Source of the DNA: Octopus bimaculoides
Lineage: Eukaryota
NCBI RefSeq assembly: GCF_001194135.2
Contig: NC_069006.1
Location: 449,278 to 513,277, forward strand
Direction: 5' to 3'
Length of the DNA stretch: 64,000 nucleotides
How positions within the stretch are numbered: position 1 is the stretch's first letter; every line of letters starts with the position of its first letter. Under the pieces are notes generated by a model. It did not search any database. It was not told the origin of the DNA and saw only the letters and a program-made list of their open reading frames with translations. Shown here piece after piece: positions 12,991 to 24,615 of the stretch. The position numbers and the translations under genes were made by a program.

Positions 12991-13245
12991 GCATCGCCAA
13001 AGGCGCGTGACAGATTGGTTACGATCTTGCACTCATGATCGGAAAATCGCGGTTTCGATTCTCGGCCCGGGAATTGCGTTGTGGTTTTGAGCAAAACATT
13101 TCCTTTCGCATTACTCCAATCCACTCAACTGTAAACAAGTGACTCTGTGACGGAGTGATGTCCAACTCAAGACAAGTGTTGTCCACCTGGTCACTTACAC
13201 GCTATGGAAACTGGGTGACCGGCCCTACGAGCGATGTCACTCGAT
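12991..13245 (+). mobile_element. tRNA-derived SINE (family C-type head)
   Basis: ggcgcgtgacagattggttacgatcttgcactcatgatcggaaaatcgcggtttcgattctc is a tRNA-like head with a B-box. Confidence 0.65.
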
Positions 13246-13316
13246 ATACTATTCATATTGATGTACATACACAAAATTATGCATAGATGGCAGGATAGCT
13301 TTGTATATATATATAT

Positions 13317-13353
<37 letters not shown>

Positions 13354-15129
13354 TCTCTCTTTCCTTTCCTGAGCGTCCAATAACACTATCCATATCACGT
13401 CCTCACTTTGTTGTTTTTTTGTTGTTGTTTTTTTTAACTGTTCTAACGTCCTGTACCCTGATATGCATGTATATACACATGTAGATGTAAGTATGTACAT
13501 ATATGTGTGTATACATGTATATATATTCTTTGTANNNNNNNNNNNNNNNNNNNNNNNNNNNNNNNNNNNNNNNNNNNNNNNNNNNNNNNNNNNNNNNNNN
13601 NNNNNNNNNNNNNNNNNNNNNNNNNNNNNNNNNNNNNNNNNNNNNNNNNNNNNNNNNNNNNNNNNNNNNNNNNNNNNNNNNNNNNNNNNNNNNNNNNNNN
13701 NNNNNNNNNNNNNNNNNNNNNNNNNNNNNNNNNNNNNNNNNNNNNNNNNNNNNNNNNNNNNNNNNNNNNNNNNNNNNNNNNNNNNNNNNNNNNNNNNNNN
13801 NNNNNNNNNNNNNNNNNNNNNNNNNNNNNNNNNNNNNNNNNNNNNNNNNNNNNNNNNNNNNNNNNNNNNNNNNNNNNNNNNNNNNNNNNNNNNNNNNNNN
13901 NNNNNNNNNNNNNNNNNNNNNNNNNNNNNNNNNNNNNNNNNNNNNNNNNNNNNNNNNNNNNNNNNNNNNNNNNNNNNNNNNNNNNNNNNNNNNNNNNNNN
14001 NNNNNNNNNNNNNNNNNNNNNNNNNNNNNNNNNNNNNNNNNNNNNNNNNNNNNNNNNNNNNNNNNNNNNNNNNNNNNNNNNNNNNNNNNNNNNNNNNNNN
14101 NNNNNNNNNNNNNNNNNNNNNNNNNNNNNNNNNNNNNNNNNNNNNNNNNNNNNNNNNNNNNNNNNNNNNNNNNNNNNNNNNNNNNNNNNNNNNNNNNNNN
14201 NNNNNNNNNNNATATATATATATATGGAGAGAGAGAGAGAGAGAAAGAGGGAGGGAGAGAGGTACTAATTTAGTGAAAGACGGGTAGGCTTGAAATGTAT
14301 ATTTACAAGGAACACTAACAATACAGATTACAGAATAAAGAAAAAAGATAAAAGCACAGAATTATGTAAAATCTTAGCTCGACAGCTGTTTCAAAACGAC
14401 CATACATAAATTACGTAATAACAATTTGCGTATGCAGTATACGCATGATGTCATATGTGCTTGTCCTGGAAGAGTTGTTAAATTAAGACGTCCTTTCTCA
14501 AGATTAAGATAGCTATTGTGTATTTTCTGGCAATGTTTATAAATATAAAGGTTTAAAGAAAGCAGAATGGAGTAGTGAAGGAGGTGTGGGGGAAAGCGGT
14601 GGGAATAGTCAAATGGAAGGGATTGTGAAGAGGAGACACGAGATGAAAACATTACCTGACAAAGACTGGTTATAAATGAGTTAATAACTGGCCGAAGAAA
14701 TATTGCTGTTAGTTCAAAACAGGGGGAACAAAGAATTAGTTTCATAGACAAGATAAAGCAGTCAAGAACAAAAGAGGCGACGAACAGAGTCGCATGAGAA
14801 TTAAGTGGTAAGGTAGAGGGGAATGGTAAAAGAAAATTCGGCGAATGAAAGAATTTTAGCTAAGACGGTGAGGAATTATAATGATTTTACATAAAGAGTA
14901 AAGGTCTTGCAGAATTTATGCCTACAAGGAAAGATTACGTCAGAGAATCGATTAAATAAAGAACTTTCGTTTTGGCGTAGTGTAGAGGAGGGGTCTCTCG
15001 GCAAGATAATTTACAAACGCGACGATTTGCATTGTAGGGGGTTTCCACCACAAATCATAGACCAGGACAAGGTATAAGGTGTGTCCTGGGTCCTGTGACA
15101 ATATATACGGGTGGCGAGGATAATAGATT

Positions 15130-15760
15130 GTTAAGTCAAAAGTTTTTCAGATTTTCCCCGGCTGATTTTTGGTAACTTGTATCTCCATGTTATATCATTA
15201 ATTTGATAGAACCTGTTCGATCGTTGATGATTTGTTTATTCTTTATTTTCATATACAACATATTAACATTAATTCTTTATTTTGCAGTTTTGGTAATGGG
15301 TGGGGAAAGATTTGCGATTAAAGCCGTTTTACGCGACCTGTGGATAAAAGAACTCAGTGCAAGGACAGCAGTCAAAAGAATTAATGACGTGGAAGGCTCA
15401 GGAACTATCCAGGAATGTGTGGCACAAAACTGGCTCAGACGGCTCAAGAAAAGTGAAAGCAGCCTCGAAGACAAATTAAGGTAAGAAAAACTGTCTGTTG
15501 TGGAAGATGAGGCCGTGCTTGAAATGGTTTAACGATAGCCAAGCACAAGCATTAGTACAAAGTCGGCAGAACTTGGTCCTTCATAAAGAACCATCAGTCG
15601 ACACGTTCATAAGCTCAGTCTTTTGAACAGACACTGTTGAGAAACCCCACATGAACTGACCAATTACCAGGTTCAACAACGTATGACCATTTGCAAACAA
15701 CTGCTGGCGAATCCTTGAAACGCCCGTTTTGAACGTCGAATTGTAATTAGGGATAAGGAG
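15130..15760 (+). mobile_element. mariner transposase 5' half, pseudogenised
   Basis: From the ATG at 15296: MGGERFAIKAVLRDLW...NWLRRLKKSESSLEDK, then PHELTNYQVQQRMTICKQLL...RRIVIRDK (HTH plus PHEL and IVTGDE-like motifs), with stops. Confidence 0.8.
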
Positions 15761-16113
15761 CGGGGTTACATATTAAGGGAGAACAAGTCGGGCTTGCGAT
15801 TATTGCTAATAGGGGGACCTAGTTCACAACAGTTATAAAGGATGTTATTAATTCAGGAGCCTAGGTAACTCGCACGAGGAGAGTCCGCAATTCGAAAGTG
15901 GATAGTAGAGTCTACATTACAGTATTGTTGGACGATGCACCAATGGTAGGATACTTCAAAAAGTCTGGATTGAAAGCGTTCCTGTGGGATCTCAGAGTCA
16001 GCGTGATAACGTTTCAAACGGCCGTCTTTCGATGCAGAGGCGCCGGCTATGGATGAAGTGGTTGGAGTTTAAGACTATCTATTTGAGTGTATTTTGATCC
16101 CACTTGCTAAAAC

Positions 16114-16169
<56 letters not shown>

Positions 16170-16708
16170 NNNNNNNNNNNNNNNNNNNNNNNNNNNNNNN
16201 NNNNNNNNNNNNNNNNNNNNNNNNNNNNNNNNNNNNNNNNNNNNNNNNNNNNNNNNNNNNNNNNNNNNNNNNNNNNNNNNNNNNNNNNNNNNNNNNNNNN
16301 NNNNNNNNNNNNNNNNNNNNNNNNNNNNNNNNNNNNNNNNNNNNNNNNNNNNNNNNNNNNNNNNNNNNNNNNNNNNNNNNNNNNNNNNNNNNNNNNNNNN
16401 NNNNNNNNNNNNNNNNNNNNNNNNNNNNNNNNNNNNNNNNNNNNNNNNNNNNNNNNNNNNNNNNNNNNNNNNNNNNNNNNNNNNNNNNNNNNNNNNNNNN
16501 NNNNNNNNNNNNNNNNNNNNNNNNNNNNNNNNNNNNNNNNNNNNNNNNNNNNNNNNNNNNNNNNNNNNNNNNNNNNNNNNNNNNNNNNNNNNNNNNNNNN
16601 NNNNNNNNNNNNNNNNNNNNNNNNNNNNNNNNNNNNNNNNNNNNNNNNNNNNNNNNNNNNNNNNNNNNNNNNNNNNNNNNNNNNNNNNNNNNNNNNNNNN
16701 NNNNNATA

Positions 16709-16772
<64 letters not shown>

Positions 16773-18230
16773 TCCGAAGGTAAGGATCTATTTTGCCGAC
16801 GAGGGGCAGGCAGTACACTTTGGGCACCTGCGGCAGACGGTCGGTACGGACGGACGGACACGAGAGCTGTGAATCGTTACGGACTCGGATGTGCATGTGT
16901 GTGTGTGTGTGTGTCTGTGTGTGTGTGTGCGCTCGTGTTTGCGTGTCTCTACATATACAAAGACAACGAACAAAGACTAAAAGAACTCAACAGTTGCATT
17001 AAGTAGATATTTAGTATGTCAGATTATAATTCTAGATTATAGGATTCCGTTTCAAATCATTTCTCATAGGAGACAGAGGCTGATGTAGCAAATCTTCAAT
17101 CATGATCGCGGAATGAAAAATGAAAAAAAACAAAATGAAACGAAACCAGCAACGAGGTGGATGTTTTTCTATCAGCTGACCCCGGAGGAAGAATGTTCGA
17201 TCAGAAGGGATTTGCTTTACTGAATGTTTTAATCTTGAACAGCAACTGCACTTGATACACACACACATACACCCACACACACACATATATATAAACAAAT
17301 AAATATACATATGCATAGATTTATACATATATAGACAGATAGATGCAGAAATATATGTGTGTGCATATACATAATCATATATATATACACATTTAATACA
17401 AATATATATCTATGCTATATATACATACATACGTTATACATATATATACATACAGACATATATACACACACTCAGACAAAGAGATACGGGGAATACATTC
17501 CAATTTTATTTTCCTTTTATCCACACATTCTTTTATTCTTGTATTCTTTTTCACATTTGTTCGTTTATCTCCATTCTTCTCTTTATTTATTTATATATTT
17601 GGTATATTTTTCCTCCAACTGTACAAGACGTGCTTACTATGAACAGATCAAATATTATATATAATTAGAATATGAAATTATCGCCTGAATCCATTAATTC
17701 AATCTATCTGCTGCTTCTTAACTCGCCTGCCTGCGTCCTACTCGTCCTTCCTGCCTTGCTGGCTGCTCGGCAGCTTCGCTTCATTCAATACACCTCTCAG
17801 TCATCATTAATTGACAATTTTCTCAGCTAAATACTTCATCACGTCGCTTCCTAATTGTGTTTTTAGCACGAATTTCATGCAAGTCACTTCACCCACCACA
17901 ACTACGACCACGACCACCACCTCGCACCCTCTACTTCCCTTCTTCCATTCCTCTGCCTTGCACTCTTATCTTTGTCTCTCTCTGCTTTTCTCCTCCCCAC
18001 TGCCAGATTCTGCGCTGCTCTACCTCACACGCTCTCCATCAGTCACCACCGCAGATATTTCCAGGTGATATCATATCAATATATATGTGTGTGTGTGTGT
18101 GTGTGTATAAAACTAGATATATGAGTATGCACACAGACACACAATCTCGATTACACGAGCTAAGATTATACTGCTTAGCTTCATGCACCTCTGTGTCGTG
18201 TTCTGTGTGAATGGATATATATATAGTTAT

Positions 18231-18310
18231 GGCCATTTTATAGGGTTACCTAGAGTTTCGTGCCCATAAAGCACTGAACTTTACATAAGTCTCGTCAGAC
18301 CCAAATGGCC
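18231..18310 (-). ncRNA. Type I hammerhead ribozyme motif
   Basis: Minus strand GGCCAUUU-GGGU CUGACGA [17-nt insert] GUGC-UUUAUGG-GCAC GAAA CUCUAG GUA ACCC-UAUA-AAAUGGCC. Both core boxes, the GUA triplet, and stems I (4+8 bp), II and III are present. Confidence 0.75.
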
Positions 18311-18314
18311 GGTG

Positions 18315-18730
18315 GTCTATATTCTTCCTGGCGTGATTGATGATATCCACGTCCATCCCGCTACTATCAGTGAAGCCCAGTAACCCTTTCGATATAGACG
18401 GGTAAAAATCGACCATGTCGAACTGGGTGACCCTTGTTCTGCCCTTCCCCTTGCTGGTATTGAACTATGTAATCTCCTCGTTGGTGCTATGCTAGAGGGA
18501 GATATTGATCGCCTCCTTATGTCGTTGACAATGTTCTCCAGTATACGTTTGTTCGCCAGACCGATCTCGGATTTACGCGCGTTGATCAAATGGCAATTAG
18601 AGTTAGAGGCAAAGTTCCGTTTATGCTCTTTGATAGTGGTGAAGGTATTCCTTTTGGCTAAAATTTCTACCCTATCTGCTACATCTAAGTCGTTGTCTAA
18701 CTGTTTGGCTTCACTGTTAATATTCTATTT
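18315..18730 (-). mobile_element. Penelope-like element RT N-terminal fragment (Naiad-like), decayed
   Basis: Minus strand NINSEAKQ...RVEILAKRNTFTTIKEHKRNF...CHLINARKSEIGLANKRILENI, then a frameshift, then *HSTNEEIT*F...QFDMVDFYPSISKGLL...DIINHARK. FDMVDFYPSI is an RT motif A. The clade assignment rests on recalled motifs. Confidence 0.75.
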
Positions 18731-19277
18731 GTATGTGTGTGTGTGTGTNNNNNNNNNNNNNNNNNNNNNNNNNNNNNNNNNNNNNNNNNNNNNNNNNNNN
18801 NNNNNNNNNNNNNNNNNNNNNNNNNNNNNNNNNNNNNNNNNNNNNNNNNNNNNNNNNNNNNNNNNNNNNNNNNNNNNNNNNNNNNNNNNNNNNNNNNNNN
18901 NNNNNNNNNNNNNNNNNNNNNNNNNNNNNNNNNNNNNNNNNNNNNNNNNNNNNNNNNNNNNNNNNNNNNNNNNNNNNNNNNNNNNNNNNNNNNNNNNNNN
19001 NNNNNNNNNNNNNNNNNNNNNNNNNNNNNNNNNNNNNNNNNNNNNNNNNNNNNNNNNNNNNNNNNNNNNNNNNNNNNNNNNNNNNNNNNNNNNNNNNNNN
19101 NNNNNNNNNNNNNNNNNNNNNNNNNNNNNNNNNNNNNNNNNNNNNNNNNNNNNNNNNNNNNNNNNNNNNNNNNNNNNNNNNNNNNNNNNNNNNNNNNNNN
19201 NNNNNNNNNNNNNNNNNNNNNNNNNNNNTATATATATATTAGTATTAATAAAATAGGAGATGGAATGTGTTTTAGAC

Positions 19278-19339
19278 TTTATTAAGTACAACACATGTTT
19301 CGATCCGTCGTTCTGGGTCTCTTCGGATACATCAATAAA
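19278..19339 (-). ncRNA. Decayed minimal hammerhead-like motif
   Basis: UUUAUUGAUGUAU CCGAAGA GACCC-AGAACGAC-GGAUC GAAA CAUGUG UU GUACUUAAUAAA. All three stems are recognisable, but the core has U4>C. Confidence 0.5.
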
Positions 19340-19866
19340 AATGTCGAATTTGATGTCCACATAGCGGTAAACAAGCCGACCCAAGAAATCTCTTGTATGA
19401 CTTTTTTATATACATCAAAGGAAAACGAAGGAAAACGTATGAGGCGTATATTAATAAGTATGAATGCCTGACAACCTAACAACTTCGTTGCCATAGGGAG
19501 TTTGATAAGAAGCATTAAGTAGATAGGATTTATTATGTAACTTGACTCAGAAAGACATTTTCTCCGTTATAGGGCACTAATCCACCACTAGTGATGGATT
19601 AGTTTCCTGAATCCCTTTTTATCGATTAATTCAACGCAGATTCGAACCTAAAACCAATAGCCTCATATATGGGTCACCTTATGTACAATTCTCTTAGGCC
19701 GTCAAAAGCTTTTAGATGGTCTTACCAAAATGCAATGTTTTTGAAAATTTTATTTTAAATTCAAACTTTAAGGCCAGTTCAAGTAAGTTTGAGAAATATT
19801 TGAATATGTAAAACCTTTACACCTCAGTTTGTTGAGGAGAAAATTTCTCGCTTAAGAAAAACAAAT

Positions 19867-20252
19867 GGTAGGAGTGGCTGTGTGGTAAGTAGCTAGCTTA
19901 CCAACCACATGGTCCCGGGTTCAGTCCCACTGCGCGGCATCTTGGGCAAGTGTCTTCTACTATAGCCTCGGGCCGACCAAAGCCTTGTGAGTGGATTTGG
20001 TAGACGGAAACTGAAAGAAGCCCGTCGTAGATATATATGTATATATATGTATGTGTGTGTGTATGTTTGTCCCCCCAACATCGCTTGACAACCGATGCTG
20101 GTGTGTTTATGTCCCCGTAACTTAGCGGTTCGGCAAAAGAGATCGATAGAATAAGTACTAGGCTTCTAAAGAATAAGTCCTGGGGTCGATTTGCTCGACT
20201 AAAAGGCGGTGTTCCAGCATGGCCACAGTCAAAAGACTGAAACAAGTAATAG
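19867..20252 (+). mobile_element. tRNA-derived SINE family B (full length, internal TA/TG microsatellite)
   Basis: A-box TGGCTGTGTGG, B-box GGTTCAGTCCC, CORE-like catcttgggcaagtgtctt, central microsatellite, 3' half ending gactgaaacaagt. Confidence 0.9.
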
Positions 20253-20559
20253 AGGTCAAAACGCAATAGAGCCCAGAGCGCCGATAAATGCATTTCGAAC
20301 TCGTTAGTTCTCCTCAGCTCCAGGTGTCAAGTGAGACAACTCCGAGTTGACTAGAAAGTTTTGCTTCATTTATCGTAAATCAGTCATAGATAGAGATGGA
20401 GCACATTGGCCGTCAGGCTGGAACAAATTTGGAGGCAGGTGTGTGGAAAGAATACCAATTCAAAACAATCTGAAATATGTTTGAGAGATATTGCCCAACA
20501 ACAATATGGTGCTTGGTATTATTTCTGCCAAAATGCAGTTGTTTTTAACAGTGAAACAC

Positions 20560-21560
20560 GATTTCGGATAAAAATCTCATGCAAATAACACACTATCTCC
20601 GATCAAACGTTTGCACAGAAGGTATTATCTGAGATCGAAATTTCTTAAAAAATACGGTATCTCTTAAAATTTCTAACAAAGAACTTACGATTTTGTATGA
20701 AACATTTTGCCAATAAGATAGGATCTAGGTCCAAATGTTTTTCTAAGTACTCGATTGAGTTTCTTGTATTCGAAAATGATGGTGGATCAAATTATTTGCA
20801 AAGAATACATGATCTCAGTTCAATCCCGTTGCGAAGAACGCATGGTTTCAGAGCATATTTCTTGCGAAGACCACATGACTGCGGATCAAATCTCTTGCAA
20901 AAGGTACGAATGACCGCATACAGAATCTCAAGTAAAGAACGCATGATCGTATATGAAATTGCATTAAAGATTGCATGATCTGGAAGGAAAAGTTGGGTAC
21001 AGCTCATGCTCTTGGATCAAACATCAAGCAGAGGTCACATGACCTTACTTCAACCATATGTCAAAGGTCACAGGATTCCGGATCAAACATCAAGTAAAGA
21101 AAACACGATCTCGGATCACATAGCATATAATAAGAACATGATCTCGGATCACGTAAAACACCAGAACATGATCTTGGATAAAACATCATGCTTAGCTAAT
21201 AAGATATCTGACTAAACATCATGCGAAAAAAATCACATGATCTTAGATCAAGCATCATGCAAATATCACTTAATGTCAAGCCAGACATTCTACAAAGATC
21301 ATGATCTCTGACCAACCATCATGCAAGGATCACGCGATCTCGGATCAAACATCAAGTAAAGATCACAAGATCTCAGAACAAACGTCAGACAAAAATCACA
21401 TAATCTCAGGTCAAACATCAAATGATCTTGGATCAAAAACCATGCAAAGAGTACATGATCATAGACCAGATATCGGAAAGAGAATAGACCTGTTCTACGA
21501 TAGAATCACGTGCACAGAACCCATGCGAGGTTGCGATTAACACAATATTTCGGATCAAAT
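20560..21560 (+). repeat. Degenerate 33-bp minisatellite (about 30 units)
   Basis: Exact 33-nt units at 20776, 20809, 20842, 20875 and at 21301, 21334, 21367. Approximate consensus ATGATCTCGGATCAAACATCATGCAAAGATCAC. Confidence 0.85.
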
Positions 21561-21690
21561 CTCTCACACAGGAAGTAACAGTTCTTAACTAGACCACGTG
21601 AGCATTAAAAAGATACCTCTCAAGAAGACCATATGAACGATGCTAATGCATTGTAAGGTATAGCATAGGACAAAACTAAATAGAAAAACA

Positions 21691-22034
21691 TTTTGTTTCA
21701 TTCGTAGGACTGCAGCAATGCTGGGGCACCGCCTTGAAGCGTTTCAGTCGAACAAACCGACGCCATTATTCAAGCTGTTTTATTTTAAAGCTAAGTGTGT
21801 AGATGAGTTTTACCGAACCGATAAGGTACGGAGAAATAGGCAAACCAATACCGGTTGTCAAGCGAAGAGTAGCAGGGAGGGTATAAATACAAACACAGAT
21901 AGATACTTTATATATATCTACGATGGGCTTCAACACAGTTTCCCTCAACAAATTCTCAAACTCACACACGAGATATTGGTCGGCCCGGAGCTTTAGTAAA
22001 AGAGACTTGCTCAAAGGTGATGGACAGTGAGATT
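21691..22034 (-). mobile_element. SINE family B, running into a gap
   Basis: Reverse complement of 19867-20252. Confidence 0.8.
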
Positions 22035-22210
22035 NNNNNNNNNNNNNNNNNNNNNNNNNNNNNNNNNNNNNNNNNNNNNNNNNNNNNNNNNNNNNNNNNN
22101 NNNNNNNNNNNNNNNNNNNNNNNNNNNNNNNNNNNNNNNNNNNNNNNNNNNNNNNNNNNNNNNNNNNNNNNNNNNNNNNNNNNNNNNNNNNNNNNNNNNN
22201 NNNNNNNNNN

Positions 22211-22257
<47 letters not shown>

Positions 22258-22590
22258 GAAAGAGAGAGAGCGAGAGTGAGAGCGAGAGAGAGAGCGAGAG
22301 TGAGAGCGAGACAGAGAGCGAGAGTGAGAGCGAGAGAGAGAGCGAGAGAGCGAGAGAGGAGATGAAGAGAGAGAGAGAGATGGAGAGAAGTAAGGTTTAT
22401 CGTCACCTAAACGTGTTCTATAAGAACAGGCAATGCTACTGTTTTAACCCCAGGAGAACGCCTCCTTCCGCTCTTTATTCTGTGTGCCTTCGCCCTCGAT
22501 ATACATTGCAAATGAGGAGAGAATTCACTACTATTCTAGCTCTGAGACCACCAGATCACGTGATTTCCACCTCATTTTGCTCATCTTCAG

Positions 22591-22694
22591 TGATGGACAC
22601 TTGTCTGCCAGACATTGTAGCAGTTCTCCCCATCTTGCAATATATAGAAAGACAGTGCCACACAGCCACTGGTTTTGCAATTAGCTTCACAAAG
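22591..22694 (+). CDS. Candidate spliced exon, unknown product
   Basis: Pyrimidine-rich acceptor ctcattttgctcatcttcag| and consensus donor AAG|GTAAGA. Only one frame is open (MDTCLPDIVAVLPILQYIERQCHTATGFAISFTK). No homology recognised. Confidence 0.3.
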
Positions 22695-23597
22695 GTAAGA
22701 AAATTTACTTTAAAATCATATTGTAGCGTAAAACTGCATATTGTGTGTAACGGACCCCCACCATCTTAACCCAACTTGCTTCTGTCGCGATTCGGAGATT
22801 CCAGCACTAAACGTTCCTTCAGGCAATGATTTTTTGAGTGACGATTTTCACAAAATATTCGTCGCATGTCTCATTGTGTGCGTGTATGTATGTATGTACA
22901 TATACAACTACATGGGTATATGTATACATATATATGTATGTATGTATGTATGAATGTGTGAATATATATACATCATATATACACAAGTATATTTATTTAG
23001 ATGTAAGTCTATGTGTATATGGAGGACATATACGTATATATATAGATATATATCTACAGACACACACACACACACAAATGAACACACTCATACGCACATA
23101 CAAACCCGCGCACGCATGCACACTAAGAACCAATTATTCTCAACTAAGAAGGTTAAAGTTGGTTCAGTACGACTACCGCCGCCACCACAGCAACCATCAC
23201 CATCACCGACATCACCATCACCACAATCTCGACCACCAGCACCACCACACCAGCATCGCCACAACCATCCACATCGACTACTACCAACTAGTTCGCTACT
23301 ACTACTACTATTCTCTGCTACTACTACTACTACTATTCTCTACCACCACTACCACCACCTCGACCACCACCACCACCATACATACTATAATGTCAATTAA
23401 ACACTGGTATCTTCTCTCAACATAAATGTCAAAAGAAAATTACTGTCGTCCATTATGAAAATGTCTGCCGTATTTCTTATTTTTAGTTCTCAACTTGAAA
23501 CTGTTTCCTACTGTTTTTACGGATCACTAGTTTTTCTCTCCAGCTTTCTTCAAATGTCTTCTCCAGATAAATGAATGAATGAATCTATCTATATATC

Positions 23598-23644
<47 letters not shown>

Positions 23645-24274
23645 AGATAGACGCATACTTACTCTTAAGTACACATAACTACATACACATATTCACACAT
23701 ATTTATGCGTATACATTTCTATATAAACACATATACATGTGTATCCATCCATATATACATATATATGTGTGTGTGTTTATTACAGGTGACATGTTAAAAT
23801 ATTAGACTCATTCCATCTTCACTGCTTTCGTTCAATTTGCAACATCAAGGAGTAAGACAATGTCCTCAACAGAGGGTTTATTGTAAAATGTGACAGTTTC
23901 CTTATCGAAGAAAAGGGTTGGCTATGCGGAACGCATGCAAGACTCATTTACCTAAAACCCTCTTCGATGGTCAGCTTATTTCTAGTGCCAGGTACCAAGG
24001 CCGTTCACTGCACCTTTCTAAGAACATTCTAAAGACCTGCTGATAAATCTGAAGACTTGGAGACTACGATAATCTTGAGACTACCCGACGGAGAAAAGAG
24101 CTTAGCGCTGACATAGCTGGATCCAATGTACCCTCAAGTGACGGAGACCACCACCACAAATCTGCAAATTCTGGATACAAGTTTGTCAGGCTAAATTTGA
24201 CAGCTTACATAAAAAGAAAAGAAAACAAGATCCTATCTAAAAATAAAAGTATCTATTTAAAAAAAAAATCAAAA

Positions 24275-24615
24275 AAATATCAGACGGCTCTTGAGTCTTG
24301 CGCATGCGTTCCTATCTGAGTCCACGGGAAGATCTTCGAACACGTCCTCGATCTTGGCCACCAGCTCGGCTTTTGTGTTGCAGGCAGAACGGTTGGTGTT
24401 TTTCTCAACCGTGCCCAACACGTAGTAATCCATGGGATTACAATCGGTGGGATCAGAAGGCCCGAACTTAATACTGGTGAAGTTGTAGAAATTCTCCGAC
24501 AACCACTTCTGATTTTTACCGGAGGTGTAGCAAGGAACCGAATCCTTCTGCCACACATATGGCCGTCCAGCAGTTATACATAGCCGTCTGTATTGAGCCT
24601 AAGCCCCTGTTCATG
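24275..24615 (-). mobile_element. maT-family (DD37D) transposase C-terminal fragment
   Basis: GLRLNTDGYV...GRPYVWQKDS...WLSENF...DCNPMDYYVLG.VEK.TN. There are 37 residues between the QKDS Asp and the PMD Asp. Confidence 0.85.

Noticed and set aside
14900-16100. Possible Penelope thumb (RGFPPQII) and GIY-YIG tail flanking the 15.1-kb mariner
   Set aside because: Only short, ambiguous motif resemblance and no YIG motif found; needs tBLASTn.
18259-18298. SECIS reading of the hammerhead region (some Naiad PLEs encode Sec)
   Set aside because: It has CUGA rather than RUGA and no helix II pairing; the hammerhead fold explains the sequence better.
20560-21560. CRISPR-like appearance of the 33-bp array
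   Set aside because: Units are contiguous and diverged, with no constant repeat/unique spacer alternation and no cas genes; the context is eukaryotic.
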